The notes under the pieces were generated by a model. It searched no databases, was not told the DNA's origin, and saw only the letters and a program-made list of their open reading frames with translations. From an uncultured Gemmatimonadales bacterium (lineage in GTDB: Bacteria > Gemmatimonadota > Gemmatimonadetes > Longimicrobiales > RSA9), in contig CAWCUS010000006.1 in NCBI GenBank assembly GCA_963798845.1, forward strand, positions 544,001 through 608,000: a stretch of 64,000 nucleotides of DNA. Direction: 5' to 3'. Shown here in pieces: positions 39,951 through 51,619 of this stretch. Made by a program: the position numbers and the translations under genes. Positions within the stretch are counted from its first letter, which is position 1. Every line of letters starts with the position of its first letter.

Positions 39951-40040
39951 GGGACCCGCGGCCGGCGCGGGTCCCCTTCGTTCGAGCTGCGCGGGACCCG
40001 CGGCCGCCGGGGGTCTCCTTCGTTCGAGCTGCGCGGGACC
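39951..40040. repeat. duplicated ~42-nt hairpin element (REP- or terminator-like)
   Basis: GGGACCCGCG-GCCGG-CGCGGGTCCC stem + CTTCGTTCGAGCTGCGC, two copies between convergent genes. Confidence 0.6.
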
Positions 40041-40096
40041 GCCCGGGCGGCGGGAGGCCCGGCCCGGCCGCCGCGGCCCGGAGCCGCGCGGCGGCG

Positions 40097-40732
40097 CTAG
40101 CCGTTCCAGCTCCAGGTGCGGGTGATGCTGACCTCGCGGTTGCAGAAGGTGCCTTCGACGGTGCGGGTGGCGGTCTCCGGGTCGAAGGCGGCTTGGATGT
40201 CGATGATGCAGGTGCCCTCTCGGCCGTCGGCGGTGGCCCAGTGGAGCTGGCCGGCGAGGGAGAGGCTCTGGAGCCCGGAGCGCATGCGGCGCTGCCAGGC
40301 GTGATGGGCATCGAGCGTCACGTTCGGGTCGCCATCGAGGGTGATGGTGGTGCTGCCGAGCGGCCGGGCGCAGGCCTGGTGTGTCTTGACCAGCGACAGG
40401 TCGCTGGAGCCGGTGCCGACGGCCGGGTCCCACTCGCGGGTGTGCGTCCCCTCGACCACGATCTGGCCTCCGAGGGGGCAGGTCCAGGTGGCGGTGAACT
40501 CGAGCGTCCCGGTCATTGGGCTGGCGCTGGCGGAGGCGTCGGTGGCCGGAGCGAGGTCGGCCTGGGCGGCCTGGCTGGTGCCGTCGAAGTCCTGGCTGAC
40601 CATGGCGTCGGAGAGGTCGGCGACCTCGGTGGCGGTGAGGCTGCCGGCTTCGGGCGGGGTCGGGTCGTCGCAGGCGGCCAGGGCGCCAAGGGCGGACAGC
40701 GCGAGCAGGGGAAGGAGTCGTGTCGGGTTCAT
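40097..40732 (-). CDS. hypothetical lipoprotein
   Basis: MNPTRLLPLLALSALGALAA|C lipobox; beta-rich body with paired Cys. Confidence 0.8.
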   Translation of the reverse strand: MNPTRLLPLLALSALGALAACDDPTPPEAGSLTATEVADLSDAMVSQDFDGTSQAAQADLAPATDASASASPMTGTLEFTATWTCPLGGQIVVEGTHTREWDPAVGTGSSDLSLVKTHQACARPLGSTTITLDGDPNVTLDAHHAWQRRMRSGLQSLSLAGQLHWATADGREGTCIIDIQAAFDPETATRTVEGTFCNREVSITRTWSWNG

Positions 40733-40920
40733 GGTGCCCTCGGTGAACGGATCGGGGGTGCCGGGCGCGCCGGCGCTTCCTCGGGATGGACGACGCAGGG
40801 GCACGAAACGTAAATCCGCGCCCCGCCCGATGCCACCCCGCCCGGTCGCCCGCAGCCTGGGGGGCCGGCCACCACCCCGGCCGCCACGCCGCCCCGCCCG
40901 CGCGCTGCCACCCGCTCGGC

Positions 40921-40994
40921 CGCGCTGGCCGGCCGCTACGGCGCGCTGGCCGGCCGCTACGGCGCGCTGGCCGGCCGCTACGGCGCGCTGGCCG
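40921..40994. repeat. 21-nt tandem triplication spanning the M28 peptidase stop codon
   Basis: unit CGCGCTGGCCGGCCGCTACGG, 3.5 copies. Confidence 0.85.
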
Positions 40995-42555
40995 CGGCGG
41001 TGACGGGCTTGCGGGGCAGCATGTCGTCGCGGTTGGCGAGGTGGTAGACCAGGGCGGCCACGACCACGGCGGACTGCTCGAGGTCGTCGAGCACCAGGCG
41101 CTCGTAGGTGTCGATGTTGCTGTGGTGCGTGCGGAACGAGTACTCGATGGGGTCCTGGATGAACTGGAAGCCCGGGATCCCCGCGCGGTCGAAGGAGAGG
41201 TGGTCGGTGCCGCCGGTGTCGTCGTTGCGGACGGCCACGACGCCCAGGTCGCGGAAGGGCCAGAGCAGCTCCTCGAACACCGGCACGGCGGCGGCGTTGC
41301 CCTGGGTGTGGATGCCGCGGATGCGGCCGGTGCCGTTGTCGAAGTTGAGGTAGGCGGAGATGCGGTCGTGCAGCTCCGGGTGGTTCTCCACCCACATGCG
41401 CGACCCGATCAGCCCCTGCTCCTCCGCGCTCCACAGTCCGATGCGGACGGTGCGGCGCATGGGCAGGCCGAGCGTCTTCAGGATGCGCATGGCCTCCATC
41501 ATGACCACCGTTCCCGCGGCGTTGTCGGTGGCGCCGGTGCCGGGGTGCCAGGAGTCCAGGTGACCTCCGACCATGACGAGCTGGTCGGCCAGGTCGGTGC
41601 CCGGGATGTCGGCCAGGACGTTGTAGCCCTGGAGGTCGTCGTCGTACCACCTGTTGACGACGTTCAGCTCCAGCTGCACGGGGACGCCGCGTTCGACGTT
41701 GCGCCAGATCTGGCCGTAGTCCTCGTGGGCGAGCACGAGCTCCGGCGGGCCGACCGGGGCGTCCTTCGCGTACGCCCGCGTCCCGCCCACCAGCAGCATG
41801 CCGTAGGTCCAGCGCGACGGCTGGATGATGGCGGCGATCTTCTCGCTGGCGAACAGCTCGTCCATGGACGCGCGCAGCTCGCGGCGCTTCTGCCACTCGG
41901 CGCGCATGCGCTCGCGGCGGGCGTCGGCGTCGTCGGCGGCGGGGCCGCGCGGCGCCGGCGGGGCCAGGAGGTCGTCGAGCGAGGTGCGACGGTCGGGCGC
42001 CTGCCACTCGGGCTCGATCGGCTGGTACGGCTGGAGGAGGACGAACGCACCCTTCAGCTTGCCCCGGTACTTCGCCAGCTCCTCCGGCGACTGGATGTCC
42101 ACGAGGACTGCCGGTCCCTTCACCGTCCCGCGCGTGCTCCCGGACCAGCCCACGGGCCAGGCCTGGAGCGGCTGTGCGTACGGAGTGAGCGCGCGCATGG
42201 ACACGGACACGTTCTCCCATCCTCGCCCGAACTCGCCCCACGGCTCGATCACGACGTTGTCCATGCCCCAGCCGCGCATGGTGGCGGCGATCCAGTCGTA
42301 CGCCCGGCGGATCCCCGGCGACCCGGTCAGGCGGGGCCCGACGACGTCGGTGAGGTAGCCGGCCAGCTCCGGGATCTTCGAGTGGCTCAGCCCCTCGTCC
42401 CGGATGCGGGCGACGACGCCGAGGTCCACCTTCTCCTGGGCCACCTGCGCGGACAGGCGGGTGGACAGGCGGGCGGACAGGGGCGCGGCGCCGCAGGCCA
42501 GCACGGCCAGGGTGGCGGCGCGAAGGATCGTGCGCTTCATGACGTTCTCCGGCAA
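40978..42555 (-). CDS. M28 family metallopeptidase (carboxypeptidase Q-like), secreted
   Basis: GPRLTGS, GGHLDSW, GATDNAAG, WSAEEQGL, NFDNG, GTDH, HHSNIDT. Confidence 0.92.
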   Translation of the reverse strand: MPENVMKRTILRAATLAVLACGAAPLSARLSTRLSAQVAQEKVDLGVVARIRDEGLSHSKIPELAGYLTDVVGPRLTGSPGIRRAYDWIAATMRGWGMDNVVIEPWGEFGRGWENVSVSMRALTPYAQPLQAWPVGWSGSTRGTVKGPAVLVDIQSPEELAKYRGKLKGAFVLLQPYQPIEPEWQAPDRRTSLDDLLAPPAPRGPAADDADARRERMRAEWQKRRELRASMDELFASEKIAAIIQPSRWTYGMLLVGGTRAYAKDAPVGPPELVLAHEDYGQIWRNVERGVPVQLELNVVNRWYDDDLQGYNVLADIPGTDLADQLVMVGGHLDSWHPGTGATDNAAGTVVMMEAMRILKTLGLPMRRTVRIGLWSAEEQGLIGSRMWVENHPELHDRISAYLNFDNGTGRIRGIHTQGNAAAVPVFEELLWPFRDLGVVAVRNDDTGGTDHLSFDRAGIPGFQFIQDPIEYSFRTHHSNIDTYERLVLDDLEQSAVVVAALVYHLANRDDMLPRKPVTAAASAP

Positions 42556-42676
42556 TGGAAGATGTGCGCACCGCCCGGGGGTCGGGCGGAGGGTGGGGCT
42601 CCGGAGGCTCGGGAGTAGGACGCGTGGCGGGGCGTCAGCGTTGCGGCTCGCCAGCTCCGGACCGGGTCGCGGGCGT

Positions 42677-43140
42677 TCAGTTCATCCGCCACACGGCCGC
42701 GTTCAGCACGGAAGCGAAGGAGACCCAGAGGAGGTACGGCACCATGAGCGCGCCGGCCCAGGTCGAGTGCTGGAAGAAGAGCACGGTCGTGGCCAGGATC
42801 GCGAGCCAGAGCGCGACGATGTCGAGGAGCGCGAGGCCCGGGGAGCGGAGAGCGAAGAAGAGGCCCGACCACGCCAGGTTCAGCGCCAGCTGGACGAAGA
42901 ACAGGGTGAGCGCCGCGCCCGCGCCCGCGAATCCGGCGTCCCGCCAGACGATCCACGCGGCGACGGCCATGAGGGCGTAGAGCACGGTCCACACCGGTCC
43001 GAAGACGGACGACGGCGGGTTGAAGGACGGCTTGCCGAGCGAGCCGTACCACTCTCCGAGGCCCTGCGACGTGAACCAGCCGCCCACGCCGGCCACGGCG
43101 AAGGTGAGGGCGAGAAAGCCGATCAGGGCCAGGCCGCGGC

Positions 43141-43150
<10 letters not shown>
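42677..43150 (-). CDS. tspO: TspO/MBR tryptophan-rich sensory protein
   Basis: WYGSLGKPSFNPPSSVFGPVWTVLY, QLALNLAWS, LMVPYLLWVSFA. Confidence 0.93.
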
Positions 43151-44367
<1,217 letters not shown>

Positions 44368-44386
44368 GGTGGGCCAAGATACGGCG

Positions 44387-45022
44387 CTACGGGTAGTTCT
44401 CCCACCCCCACTGCACGAGCGTGGCGGTGTCGTTCCCGGTCTGGCGCACCTCCACACGCACGTAGTCGCCCGCGCGGTAGTCGTCCAGGCGCGCGCGCGT
44501 GGCGGCGCTCGCGGTGCCGGGGATCGTGATGGTGACCGTGCCGCCCTGCGTCATGTTCAGCGTGAACTGCCCCTGGGCGGCGCTCACCTGGCCGATCGTG
44601 CCCTCGATCTGGATCACGTCCGGCTGCGTGGTCCCGCCGGTGTTGCCCTGCCGTTCCTGCACCGGCGTCTGCACCTGGATCGCGTCGGTATAGTAGCCCT
44701 GGTCCACCTGCTGGACGTGCATGGCCACGATGTCGCCCTGTTCCAGCGACGTGACCGGGTACTGCTGGTTCTGGTAGGTGACCTGCGTGTTCTGGTCGTA
44801 CAGCACCGCCCCCTGCTGGCCATCCTGCGTGTTGACCACGATCTGCTGCTGCGACTGCTGAACCGCCTGGATCTCGACCGTCACGGTGCCGCTCTGGGCC
44901 TGCCCGCCGCCGATCGGCGTGTTCAGGATGTCGCCGATCGCGCCGAGCGTATTGCCGCTGCACGCGGCGGCCGCGACGGTGAGGCCGAGGACGGGAACCA
45001 TCCGCGTCAACCCGTGTTTCAT
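44387..45022 (-). CDS. lipoprotein with two OB-fold-like repeats (DUF5666-like)
   Basis: AAAA|C lipobox; repeated 'L..GD.V' modules. Confidence 0.75.
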   Translation of the reverse strand: MKHGLTRMVPVLGLTVAAAACSGNTLGAIGDILNTPIGGGQAQSGTVTVEIQAVQQSQQQIVVNTQDGQQGAVLYDQNTQVTYQNQQYPVTSLEQGDIVAMHVQQVDQGYYTDAIQVQTPVQERQGNTGGTTQPDVIQIEGTIGQVSAAQGQFTLNMTQGGTVTITIPGTASAATRARLDDYRAGDYVRVEVRQTGNDTATLVQWGWENYP

Positions 45023-45075
45023 TGCTGTCCTCTCTCGCGGTTGCCCCTGATGCTGCCAAACACTCCGCTCACAGG

Positions 45076-45091
45076 TGCAACGCCGGTGCCA
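45076..45091 (-). promoter_or_regulatory. sigma54 promoter of the lipoprotein gene
   Basis: TGGCACCGGCGTTGCA, a perfect TGGCAC-N5-TTGCA, about 55 nt upstream of the ATG. Confidence 0.75.
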
Positions 45092-45105
45092 GCGCGGGGG
45101 CGCTC

Positions 45106-46137
45106 GTGATCGATCCGACCGCTCGACGCCGCTGCATCTTCTGTCACGGTCCGCTCCCGCCGAACGATGCGCTGGAGCACTTCCCGCTGGGCAGCCGCGT
45201 GGCCTACGACCCCGATCGGGGGCGGCTGTGGGCGGTGTGCGGCTCGTGCGCGCGCTGGAACCTGGCCCCGATCGAGGAGCGGTGGGAGGCCCTGGAGGAG
45301 CTGGAGCGGGGGTGGCGTGACCACGGCCGCGTGCTGGCGTCCACCGACACCATCGCGCTGATCCGGATCCCGGGGCTGGACGTGGTGCGCGTGGGCGGAG
45401 CGTCGCTCCCGGAGGAGGCGTGGTGGCGCTATGGCGCCGACATGGTGCGACGGCGCTCGCGCTATCGGGCGCTACAGTGGGCCGGCCGGGCGGCCACGCT
45501 CGTCGCCTGGGGCGCCACCGGCGGCGCCTTCTATGTCTTCGGCGCCGGCAACAGCCTGAACCGGGTGGCGAGGTGGTACAGGTTCGGCTCCTCGGCGTGG
45601 CGGGGCGAGACGCGCTGCGGCACGTGCGGGAGCCCGCTCTACCACCTCACGTTCCGCCAGATCCGGCGCCTGTACCTGACGAAGGATGCCGATGGGGACC
45701 CGGCCCTCCACCTCCGCTGTTCGCGCTGCGGCTCGTCACGGACGGGCGGCGAGCACCGGATCGAAGGCGTGGAGGCCGACCACCTGCTGCGCCGGGTGGT
45801 GACCTACCACCACTTCTCGGGCGCGTCCGAGCGCCAGGTCAGCAATGCGACCGCGTACATCGACCGGCTCGGCTCCCCGGCCGCGCTGACCTCCCACCTC
45901 CTGGCCAGCGGCCTGCGCATGGACGCCCTGCTGCTGGACCGGGAGCGGCGGACGCAGGCGGTGGCCCTGGAGATCGCCCTCAACGACGAGAACGAGCGGC
46001 TCCTGCTGGGGATGGAGCTGGGCGAGCTGGAGGCCCGCTGGCGGGAGGAGGAGGAGATCGCCGCCATCGTCGACGGCGAGCTGACGCCGGTCGGCGGCCT
46101 GGAGCGGCTCCGCCAGGCGCTCAGGCCGTCAGGTTGA
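45106..46137 (+). CDS. hypothetical protein with four CxxC motifs
   Basis: CIFC...CGSC, CGTC...CSRC; C-terminal ELEARWREEEEIAAIVDGEL; GTG start at 45106. Confidence 0.75.
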   Translation: MIDPTARRRCIFCHGPLPPNDALEHFPLGSRVAYDPDRGRLWAVCGSCARWNLAPIEERWEALEELERGWRDHGRVLASTDTIALIRIPGLDVVRVGGASLPEEAWWRYGADMVRRRSRYRALQWAGRAATLVAWGATGGAFYVFGAGNSLNRVARWYRFGSSAWRGETRCGTCGSPLYHLTFRQIRRLYLTKDADGDPALHLRCSRCGSSRTGGEHRIEGVEADHLLRRVVTYHHFSGASERQVSNATAYIDRLGSPAALTSHLLASGLRMDALLLDRERRTQAVALEIALNDENERLLLGMELGELEARWREEEEIAAIVDGELTPVGGLERLRQALRPSG

Positions 46138-47631
46138 CGCTTCGCCGTCCGGGCCGCAGCCGCCTGGAAGCGCACCGCCGAAGTCCGGCGCTCCGGCGTG
46201 CGGCCCGCCGAGGCTCGGGCCCTGGCGCTCGCGGACCTCGCCTCCGCCCAGCTCCCGGAGCACGGCCGTGGCGTAGCAGCCCGGCGGCAGGGCGAAGCGG
46301 ATCTCGATGAAGGGTCCGAGGTCGTCATCGCCGCGCTGGAGGGCGGCGTCGCGCAGCGGGAACCGGAGCGGCCGGCGAGACCCGCCCAGCGGCGCCATGG
46401 CGCGCGACTCGAGATCGGCCGGCTGCAGGCCCGCGGCCTCCAGCACGGCGGCCTCGAAGGCTGCGGCCTCCGCGGACGGCTCCCGCATGCGACGCCCGAC
46501 CAGCGGACCGGTGGGCGAGATCTCGAACGCGTCGGCGCGAGGCTGCTCGAGGGCCGGGTCGTCGACGAGGAAGAGCGCCTCGGTGTCGTGCTTCCAGGCC
46601 AGGTCGCCGGGGAGGAGCGTGTCGAGGCAGGCCACGCGCTCCGCGAGCACGGCGTTGAAGAGCCACGACTGGTACGCCGAGGCGTAGAGGCGGAGCATCC
46701 GCTTGCCGAGAACGGCGACGGCGCGGGCCGCATCCCCGCCCGTGCGCTCCATCGCCCGGGCCAGCCGCGCGCACTGCCCGAAGCCGCGCGGCCACGCCTC
46801 CGCCGCCTCCAGCCAGCGGCCGGCGTCGTAGAGCTCGCGAGCGCGGAGGATGTCGTCGACGTCCGGGAAGACACCCGCCGCGGGGTCCAGCCCGGGGTCG
46901 CCGGGCCGGAGCGGCCGTCCCGCGACCAGCGCCGCCGCCTCTTCCCACGCACCCCTCGCCAGCGCGCGCCCCACCCGCCACGTGTCCCCGCGGCTGCCGA
47001 ACCGCTGCGGACCGTAATAGTTGGGGACGCCACGCCGCCCCAGCAGCTCGAGCAGCTCCGCCGCCACCGCCTCCGCCCCTGGCCGGCCCACCGGAAGGTG
47101 CCGCGCCCCGAGGCCTGCCGCCGCGCCTGCCGTCGGGCCTGCCGCCGGGGCTGCCGTCGGGCCTGCCGCCGGGGCTGCCGTCGGGCCTGCCGCCGGGTCT
47201 GCCGCCGGGTCTGCCGCGGAAGGACTGCGGAGCCGGATGGCGAAGCGATTCCCCGCGTGCCAGCCCCGCCGCAGCTTGCGTGGGTGGCGGACGGCGCGGA
47301 GCACGCGCAGGCGCGGGACTTCGAGGGCCAGCGCCCGCTCCGGCGCCACGTGCTCGACGCTCATCCACTGCCGCGTGATGGCGCGGGCGTCCTTCATTCC
47401 CGCGTACCCGACCGCGGACGGCTTGACGCCGAGCGCGCGCGCCAGGTCCCCGGCGGCGCGGGGCGTGGCGAGGCCGCGCTTCTCGACCTCCAGCCACACG
47501 TGGTCGCCGTGTCCGGCCGGCTCGCGCCCCGGGATCTCCTCCACGACGAAATCCTCCCACCTCGCCTTGTACACGCCGGCGAGGTGGGGAAGGGAGGCGG
47601 TGAGGAAGGGCAGGGTCGCGGGTGGGTTCAC
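46129..47631 (-). CDS. truD: tRNA pseudouridine(13) synthase
   Basis: EDFVVEE, YAGMKDARAITRQ, GNRF, PNYYGPQRFG, SAYQSWLFN, LPPGCYAT; 12/24-nt repeat insertion at about 47112-47217. Confidence 0.93.
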   Translation of the reverse strand: MNPPATLPFLTASLPHLAGVYKARWEDFVVEEIPGREPAGHGDHVWLEVEKRGLATPRAAGDLARALGVKPSAVGYAGMKDARAITRQWMSVEHVAPERALALEVPRLRVLRAVRHPRKLRRGWHAGNRFAIRLRSPSAADPAADPAAGPTAAPAAGPTAAPAAGPTAGAAAGLGARHLPVGRPGAEAVAAELLELLGRRGVPNYYGPQRFGSRGDTWRVGRALARGAWEEAAALVAGRPLRPGDPGLDPAAGVFPDVDDILRARELYDAGRWLEAAEAWPRGFGQCARLARAMERTGGDAARAVAVLGKRMLRLYASAYQSWLFNAVLAERVACLDTLLPGDLAWKHDTEALFLVDDPALEQPRADAFEISPTGPLVGRRMREPSAEAAAFEAAVLEAAGLQPADLESRAMAPLGGSRRPLRFPLRDAALQRGDDDLGPFIEIRFALPPGCYATAVLRELGGGEVRERQGPSLGGPHAGAPDFGGALPGGCGPDGEAST

Positions 47632-50600
47632 CCTCCGCCCAGCAGCTCGAACCCGGCGTCGTGCAGCGCGGCGCGGTACTCGGGCAGCTCGGTGGCGTAG
47701 AAGCGGTCGATCTCACCCACCAGGCCGTCGGCGCGGGCGAGCGCCCACTCGAGCTGCTGGACGCGCTGCGGCGACGGGGCGTAGGGGGTGCCCGTGGCTT
47801 CGCCCAGCGCCTGGCCCAGCTTCGCGGTGACGGTGGAGTCGACGACGATCCCCTTCGTGTCCTCGGCGAGCCGCAGCCGGTCGAGGAAGTGGTCGACGCG
47901 CTCGGCCACCTCCTTCGTGCGCCCGGTGAGCGAATCGCGTGTGGCGGCGTCCGCGCCCTGCCAGGTCTTGAGCCGCTTCCGGATCAGCGACAGCGCCTCC
48001 TTCGTCTCGTTCAGCTGCCGGATCGTGGCCCGCAGGTCCGCCAGCCGCGTCTGGCCGCGGTAGTAGACCCCGGTGCTGGCGACCATCGCCGCCACCGGCT
48101 TCTCCCGGCGCGGATCCGGCGCCACTTCCACCGTGCCGTCGGCCTCGTGATCCCCGAACGTGAGGCGCACCGCGTACGTGCCTGGGATCACTTCCGGCCC
48201 CCGGGGCTCCGGCGCCGCCGTGTCCGAGCCGGGGACGCGCACGCCCCTGCGCTCCAGCCCCCAGGCGACGCGGTTCACCCCGGCCTCCGCGGGACCCTTC
48301 ATCGTCCGGATGACCGAATCCGCCTCCAGGATCTCGATCTTCACGGGACCGTCCGACGCACCGCCGGCCTGCGCCCACGGGGGGCCTTCCTGCTCGGGCT
48401 CGCCGCCCTGCTGCGCCTCTTCGTCTGCCTCTCCCTTTCCCGCCGCCGTGTCCGACGCGGCCGCGGCGGCCGCGGTCGGGGAGACGTAGTAGGAGATCAG
48501 CGCGCCGTACGGCCGGTTCTCTCCCTGGAAGCGGGTGTCGCCCGGGAAGTAGAATGGCCCCGTCATGCCGACGGTGTGCTGGTACGCCTTCGGGATGTCG
48601 AAGAGGTGGAAGGGCTCGCTGGTGAGCTTCGCGTCTTGGGCCATGGCGCGCAGGGGCCGGACGTCGTCGATGATCCAGGCGCCGCGGCCGTGGGTGCCCA
48701 CCACCAGGTCGCCGTCGCGCGGGTGAACCACGAGCGCCCGCACGGGCACGCCGCTGGGGAAGCCGCCGTGCGTCCACTTCCGCCAGTGCTGGCCGGCGTC
48801 CAGGCTGAAGTAGAGCCCGAACTCGGTGCCGAGGAAGAGCAGGTTCGGCTCGGACGGATCCTCCGCGATGGTGTGGATGAAGCCGTCGATCCCGGCCGGC
48901 GCGAGCGGGTTCCAGCTCCGGCCGTAGTCCGTGGTGCGGTACACGTACGGGGTCCAGTCGCCGCGACGGTGGTTGTCGAACACCACGTACGCGGTGCCGG
49001 CCGCGCGCTTCGACGCCTCGACGTGCGGCACCCACGTCCCGGAGGGCACGCCCCTTATCCGGTCCACCACGTCGGCCCACGTCTTCCCGCCGTCCCGCGT
49101 GACCTGGACGTTCCCATCGTCCGTGCCGACCCAGAGCACGCCCTGCTCCACCGGCGACGGCGAGATGGTGATGATCGTGGTGAAGTTCTCGGCGCCCGTG
49201 GCGTCCGTGGTCAGGCCGCCCGACTCCGCCTGTTTCTGGTGCTCCGGGTCGTTGGTGGTGAGGTCGGGGCTGATGGTGCTCCAGTGCTCGCCGAAGTCAC
49301 GGGTCACGTGGACGAACTGGCTTCCGTAGTAGACCACGGACGGGTCGAACGGGTCCATGGCGATGGCCGCGTTCCAGTTGAAGCGGAGCCGGGTCGCGCT
49401 GTCCGGCGCGGGCGGGCGGATGCTGGCGGTCTCCCCGGTCTTGAGGTCGAAGCGCATGAGGTAGCCTTCCTGGCTCATGCTGTAGCCGAGGGTCGGGTCG
49501 TCCGGGTCCGCGAGGGCGGCGAAGCCGTCGCCGAAGCCGATGGTCCGCCAGTCCTCGTTGACGATGTTCGAGCCGGCGAACGAGGGCATGACCCACGACT
49601 GGCTCGGCGCGGTCCACGACCCGTTGTCCTGCAGCCCGCCGTAGACGTGGAACGGCACCTGGTTGTCCACGCTGATGTGGTAGAACTGCGCCAGCGGCAG
49701 GTTCTCCACGAAGCGCCACGAGCCGCCCCGGTCGTTCGAGAAGAACACGCCGCCGTCGTTGCCGGTGGCGATCCGCTTTCCGTCCGGCCAGGCCCAGAAG
49801 GCGTGGTGGTCCACGTGTACGCTGGACCACGGCGCGATCACCCTGAACGTTCGGCCGCCGTCATCGCTCCGCGACAGGTCGCCCGCGACGCGGTACACCC
49901 GGTTCTCGTTGGTCGGGTCCACGTAGATGCGGCTGTAGTAGAACGCCCGGTCGTTGACGTTGGTCTCCGTGTTCACGGCCTTCCAGCTCACGCCGCCGTC
50001 GTCCGTCCGGAGCAGCGCGCTCTTCTTCGCCTCCACCAGCGCGTACGCCACTTCCGGATCGCTCGTCGCGAACGCCAGGCCAATGCGACCGAGCTCGCCC
50101 GCCGGCAGCCCGTTCTCCTCCGTCTCCCTGCGCCAGGTCTCGCCGCCGTCCCAGCTCGCCCACAGGCCGCTTCCGCTCCCGCCGCTCTCGAAGAACCAGG
50201 GCCAGCGGCGGAACGTCCACGTCGACGCCAGCAGGTGCTCGGGGTTCGAGGGATCCATCACCAGCTCGAACGCCCCCGTCTTCTCGTCCACGTACAGCAC
50301 CTTCCGCCACGTCCTGCCGCCGTCCGTGGACTTGAACACGCCGCGCTCCGTACCATCGCTCCACGCCGGGCCGAGCGCCGTCAGCCACACCGTGCCCGGG
50401 TCGGTCGGGTGGACGACGATGGCCTCCATGTGCTCCGTCTCCGGCAGCCCCATGTACGACCACGTGCGCCCCGCGTCCGTCGACTTCCACACCCCGCGCC
50501 CCACGCCCATGCTGTTGCGCGCGTTCGCTTCCCCCGTCCCCACGTAGATCACGTCCGGGGCCGAGGGCGCGATGGCGATGGCGCCGATGGAGTTCACCGC

Positions 50601-50903
50601 CACCGAGTCCATCATGGACTTCCACGTGTAGCCGCCATCCACGGACTTCCACAGCCCGCCCGTGGCGCCGCCCACGTAGATCACCCGCTGGTCCCGGGGC
50701 GAGACCGCGATCGCGGCCACGCGCCCCGACGTCCCGGCGGGGCCGATCTCTCTCGCGTCCATGCCGTTGAACGTGCTGTCGATGGTCACGGCCCGGGGTG
50801 CGCGCTGCTGCGCGGCCAGGCCCGCCGGCAGGGCCGCGCCGGCGCCCGCCAACGCGGCGCAGGCGAGGAGGACGGTGGGGGAGAAGCGAAGGCGTCGTCG
50901 CAT
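47628..50903 (-). CDS. VPS10/BNR-repeat beta-propeller 'glycosyl hydrolase'
   Basis: IGPAGTSGRV, repeated S/T-x-D-G-G-x-T-W Asp boxes, GLQDNG, GTHGRG. Confidence 0.9.
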   Translation of the reverse strand: MRRRLRFSPTVLLACAALAGAGAALPAGLAAQQRAPRAVTIDSTFNGMDAREIGPAGTSGRVAAIAVSPRDQRVIYVGGATGGLWKSVDGGYTWKSMMDSVAVNSIGAIAIAPSAPDVIYVGTGEANARNSMGVGRGVWKSTDAGRTWSYMGLPETEHMEAIVVHPTDPGTVWLTALGPAWSDGTERGVFKSTDGGRTWRKVLYVDEKTGAFELVMDPSNPEHLLASTWTFRRWPWFFESGGSGSGLWASWDGGETWRRETEENGLPAGELGRIGLAFATSDPEVAYALVEAKKSALLRTDDGGVSWKAVNTETNVNDRAFYYSRIYVDPTNENRVYRVAGDLSRSDDGGRTFRVIAPWSSVHVDHHAFWAWPDGKRIATGNDGGVFFSNDRGGSWRFVENLPLAQFYHISVDNQVPFHVYGGLQDNGSWTAPSQSWVMPSFAGSNIVNEDWRTIGFGDGFAALADPDDPTLGYSMSQEGYLMRFDLKTGETASIRPPAPDSATRLRFNWNAAIAMDPFDPSVVYYGSQFVHVTRDFGEHWSTISPDLTTNDPEHQKQAESGGLTTDATGAENFTTIITISPSPVEQGVLWVGTDDGNVQVTRDGGKTWADVVDRIRGVPSGTWVPHVEASKRAAGTAYVVFDNHRRGDWTPYVYRTTDYGRSWNPLAPAGIDGFIHTIAEDPSEPNLLFLGTEFGLYFSLDAGQHWRKWTHGGFPSGVPVRALVVHPRDGDLVVGTHGRGAWIIDDVRPLRAMAQDAKLTSEPFHLFDIPKAYQHTVGMTGPFYFPGDTRFQGENRPYGALISYYVSPTAAAAAASDTAAGKGEADEEAQQGGEPEQEGPPWAQAGGASDGPVKIEILEADSVIRTMKGPAEAGVNRVAWGLERRGVRVPGSDTAAPEPRGPEVIPGTYAVRLTFGDHEADGTVEVAPDPRREKPVAAMVASTGVYYRGQTRLADLRATIRQLNETKEALSLIRKRLKTWQGADAATRDSLTGRTKEVAERVDHFLDRLRLAEDTKGIVVDSTVTAKLGQALGEATGTPYAPSPQRVQQLEWALARADGLVGEIDRFYATELPEYRAALHDAGFELLGGG

Positions 50904-51034
50904 GGCTCGAAGCTCCATTGGGGCAGAGTGGAACCGGATCATACGGGGTGTCGGCCCCGGCCGGCAAACGAAGATCCTTGGCCGCCGGGGCGTAGATTCC
51001 TAGCTTGACGTGTCCCCATTCAAAGGAGTCGCCC

Positions 51035-51619
51035 ATGGGCAGTGTCCTCGCATCCGCGCTTCTCTTCCTCGGCGTGTTCCTGCTGGTGATCCTGATCCCG
51101 CTCGCCATCGGGGTCCTGATCTACAACCGGCTCGTCGCGCTGCGGGTCGAGACCGACACGGCCTGGTCCGACATCGACGTACAGCTGAAGCGCCGGCACG
51201 ACCTGATCCCGAACCTGGTGGAGACGGTCAAGGGATACGCCAGCCACGAGCGCGAGACGCTGGAGTCCGTGGTGGCCGCCCGCGCCCGGGCCGTGGACGC
51301 CCGGGGCGCTCCACCCGCCGAGCGAGCGGGCGCGGAGAACATGCTGACCGGCGCGCTGGGGCGCCTGTTCGCGCTAAGCGAGTCTTACCCGCAGCTGCGG
51401 GCCGCCGAGCCGTTCCAGGAGCTCCAGCGGTCGCTGAACAGCGTGGAGGAGGACCTGCAGAACGCGCGTCGCTACTACAACGCCACGGTGCGCGAGCTGA
51501 ACACCCGCGTCGCCCAGTTCCCGTCCAACATCGTGGCCGGGATGGCGGGCGTGAAGTCGCGGGAGTTCTTCGAGATCGAGGCCCCCGAGGAGCGGGAGGT
51601 CCCCGAGGTTCGCTTCTGA
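51035..51619 (+). CDS. lemA: LemA family protein
   Basis: YNRLV, WSDIDVQLKRRHDLIPNLVETVKGYA, YPQL, RRYYN, FPSN; promoter TTGGCC-N17-TAGCTT at 50978-51006. Confidence 0.95.
   Translation: MGSVLASALLFLGVFLLVILIPLAIGVLIYNRLVALRVETDTAWSDIDVQLKRRHDLIPNLVETVKGYASHERETLESVVAARARAVDARGAPPAERAGAENMLTGALGRLFALSESYPQLRAAEPFQELQRSLNSVEEDLQNARRYYNATVRELNTRVAQFPSNIVAGMAGVKSREFFEIEAPEEREVPEVRF

Noticed and set aside
40097..42571. 824-aa ORF and many other long overlapping ORFs (e.g. 819-3605, 20254-23043, 27473-30829, 47622-51008)
   Set aside because: Shadow frames typical of very high GC DNA; only the lipoprotein portion 40097-40732 looks real
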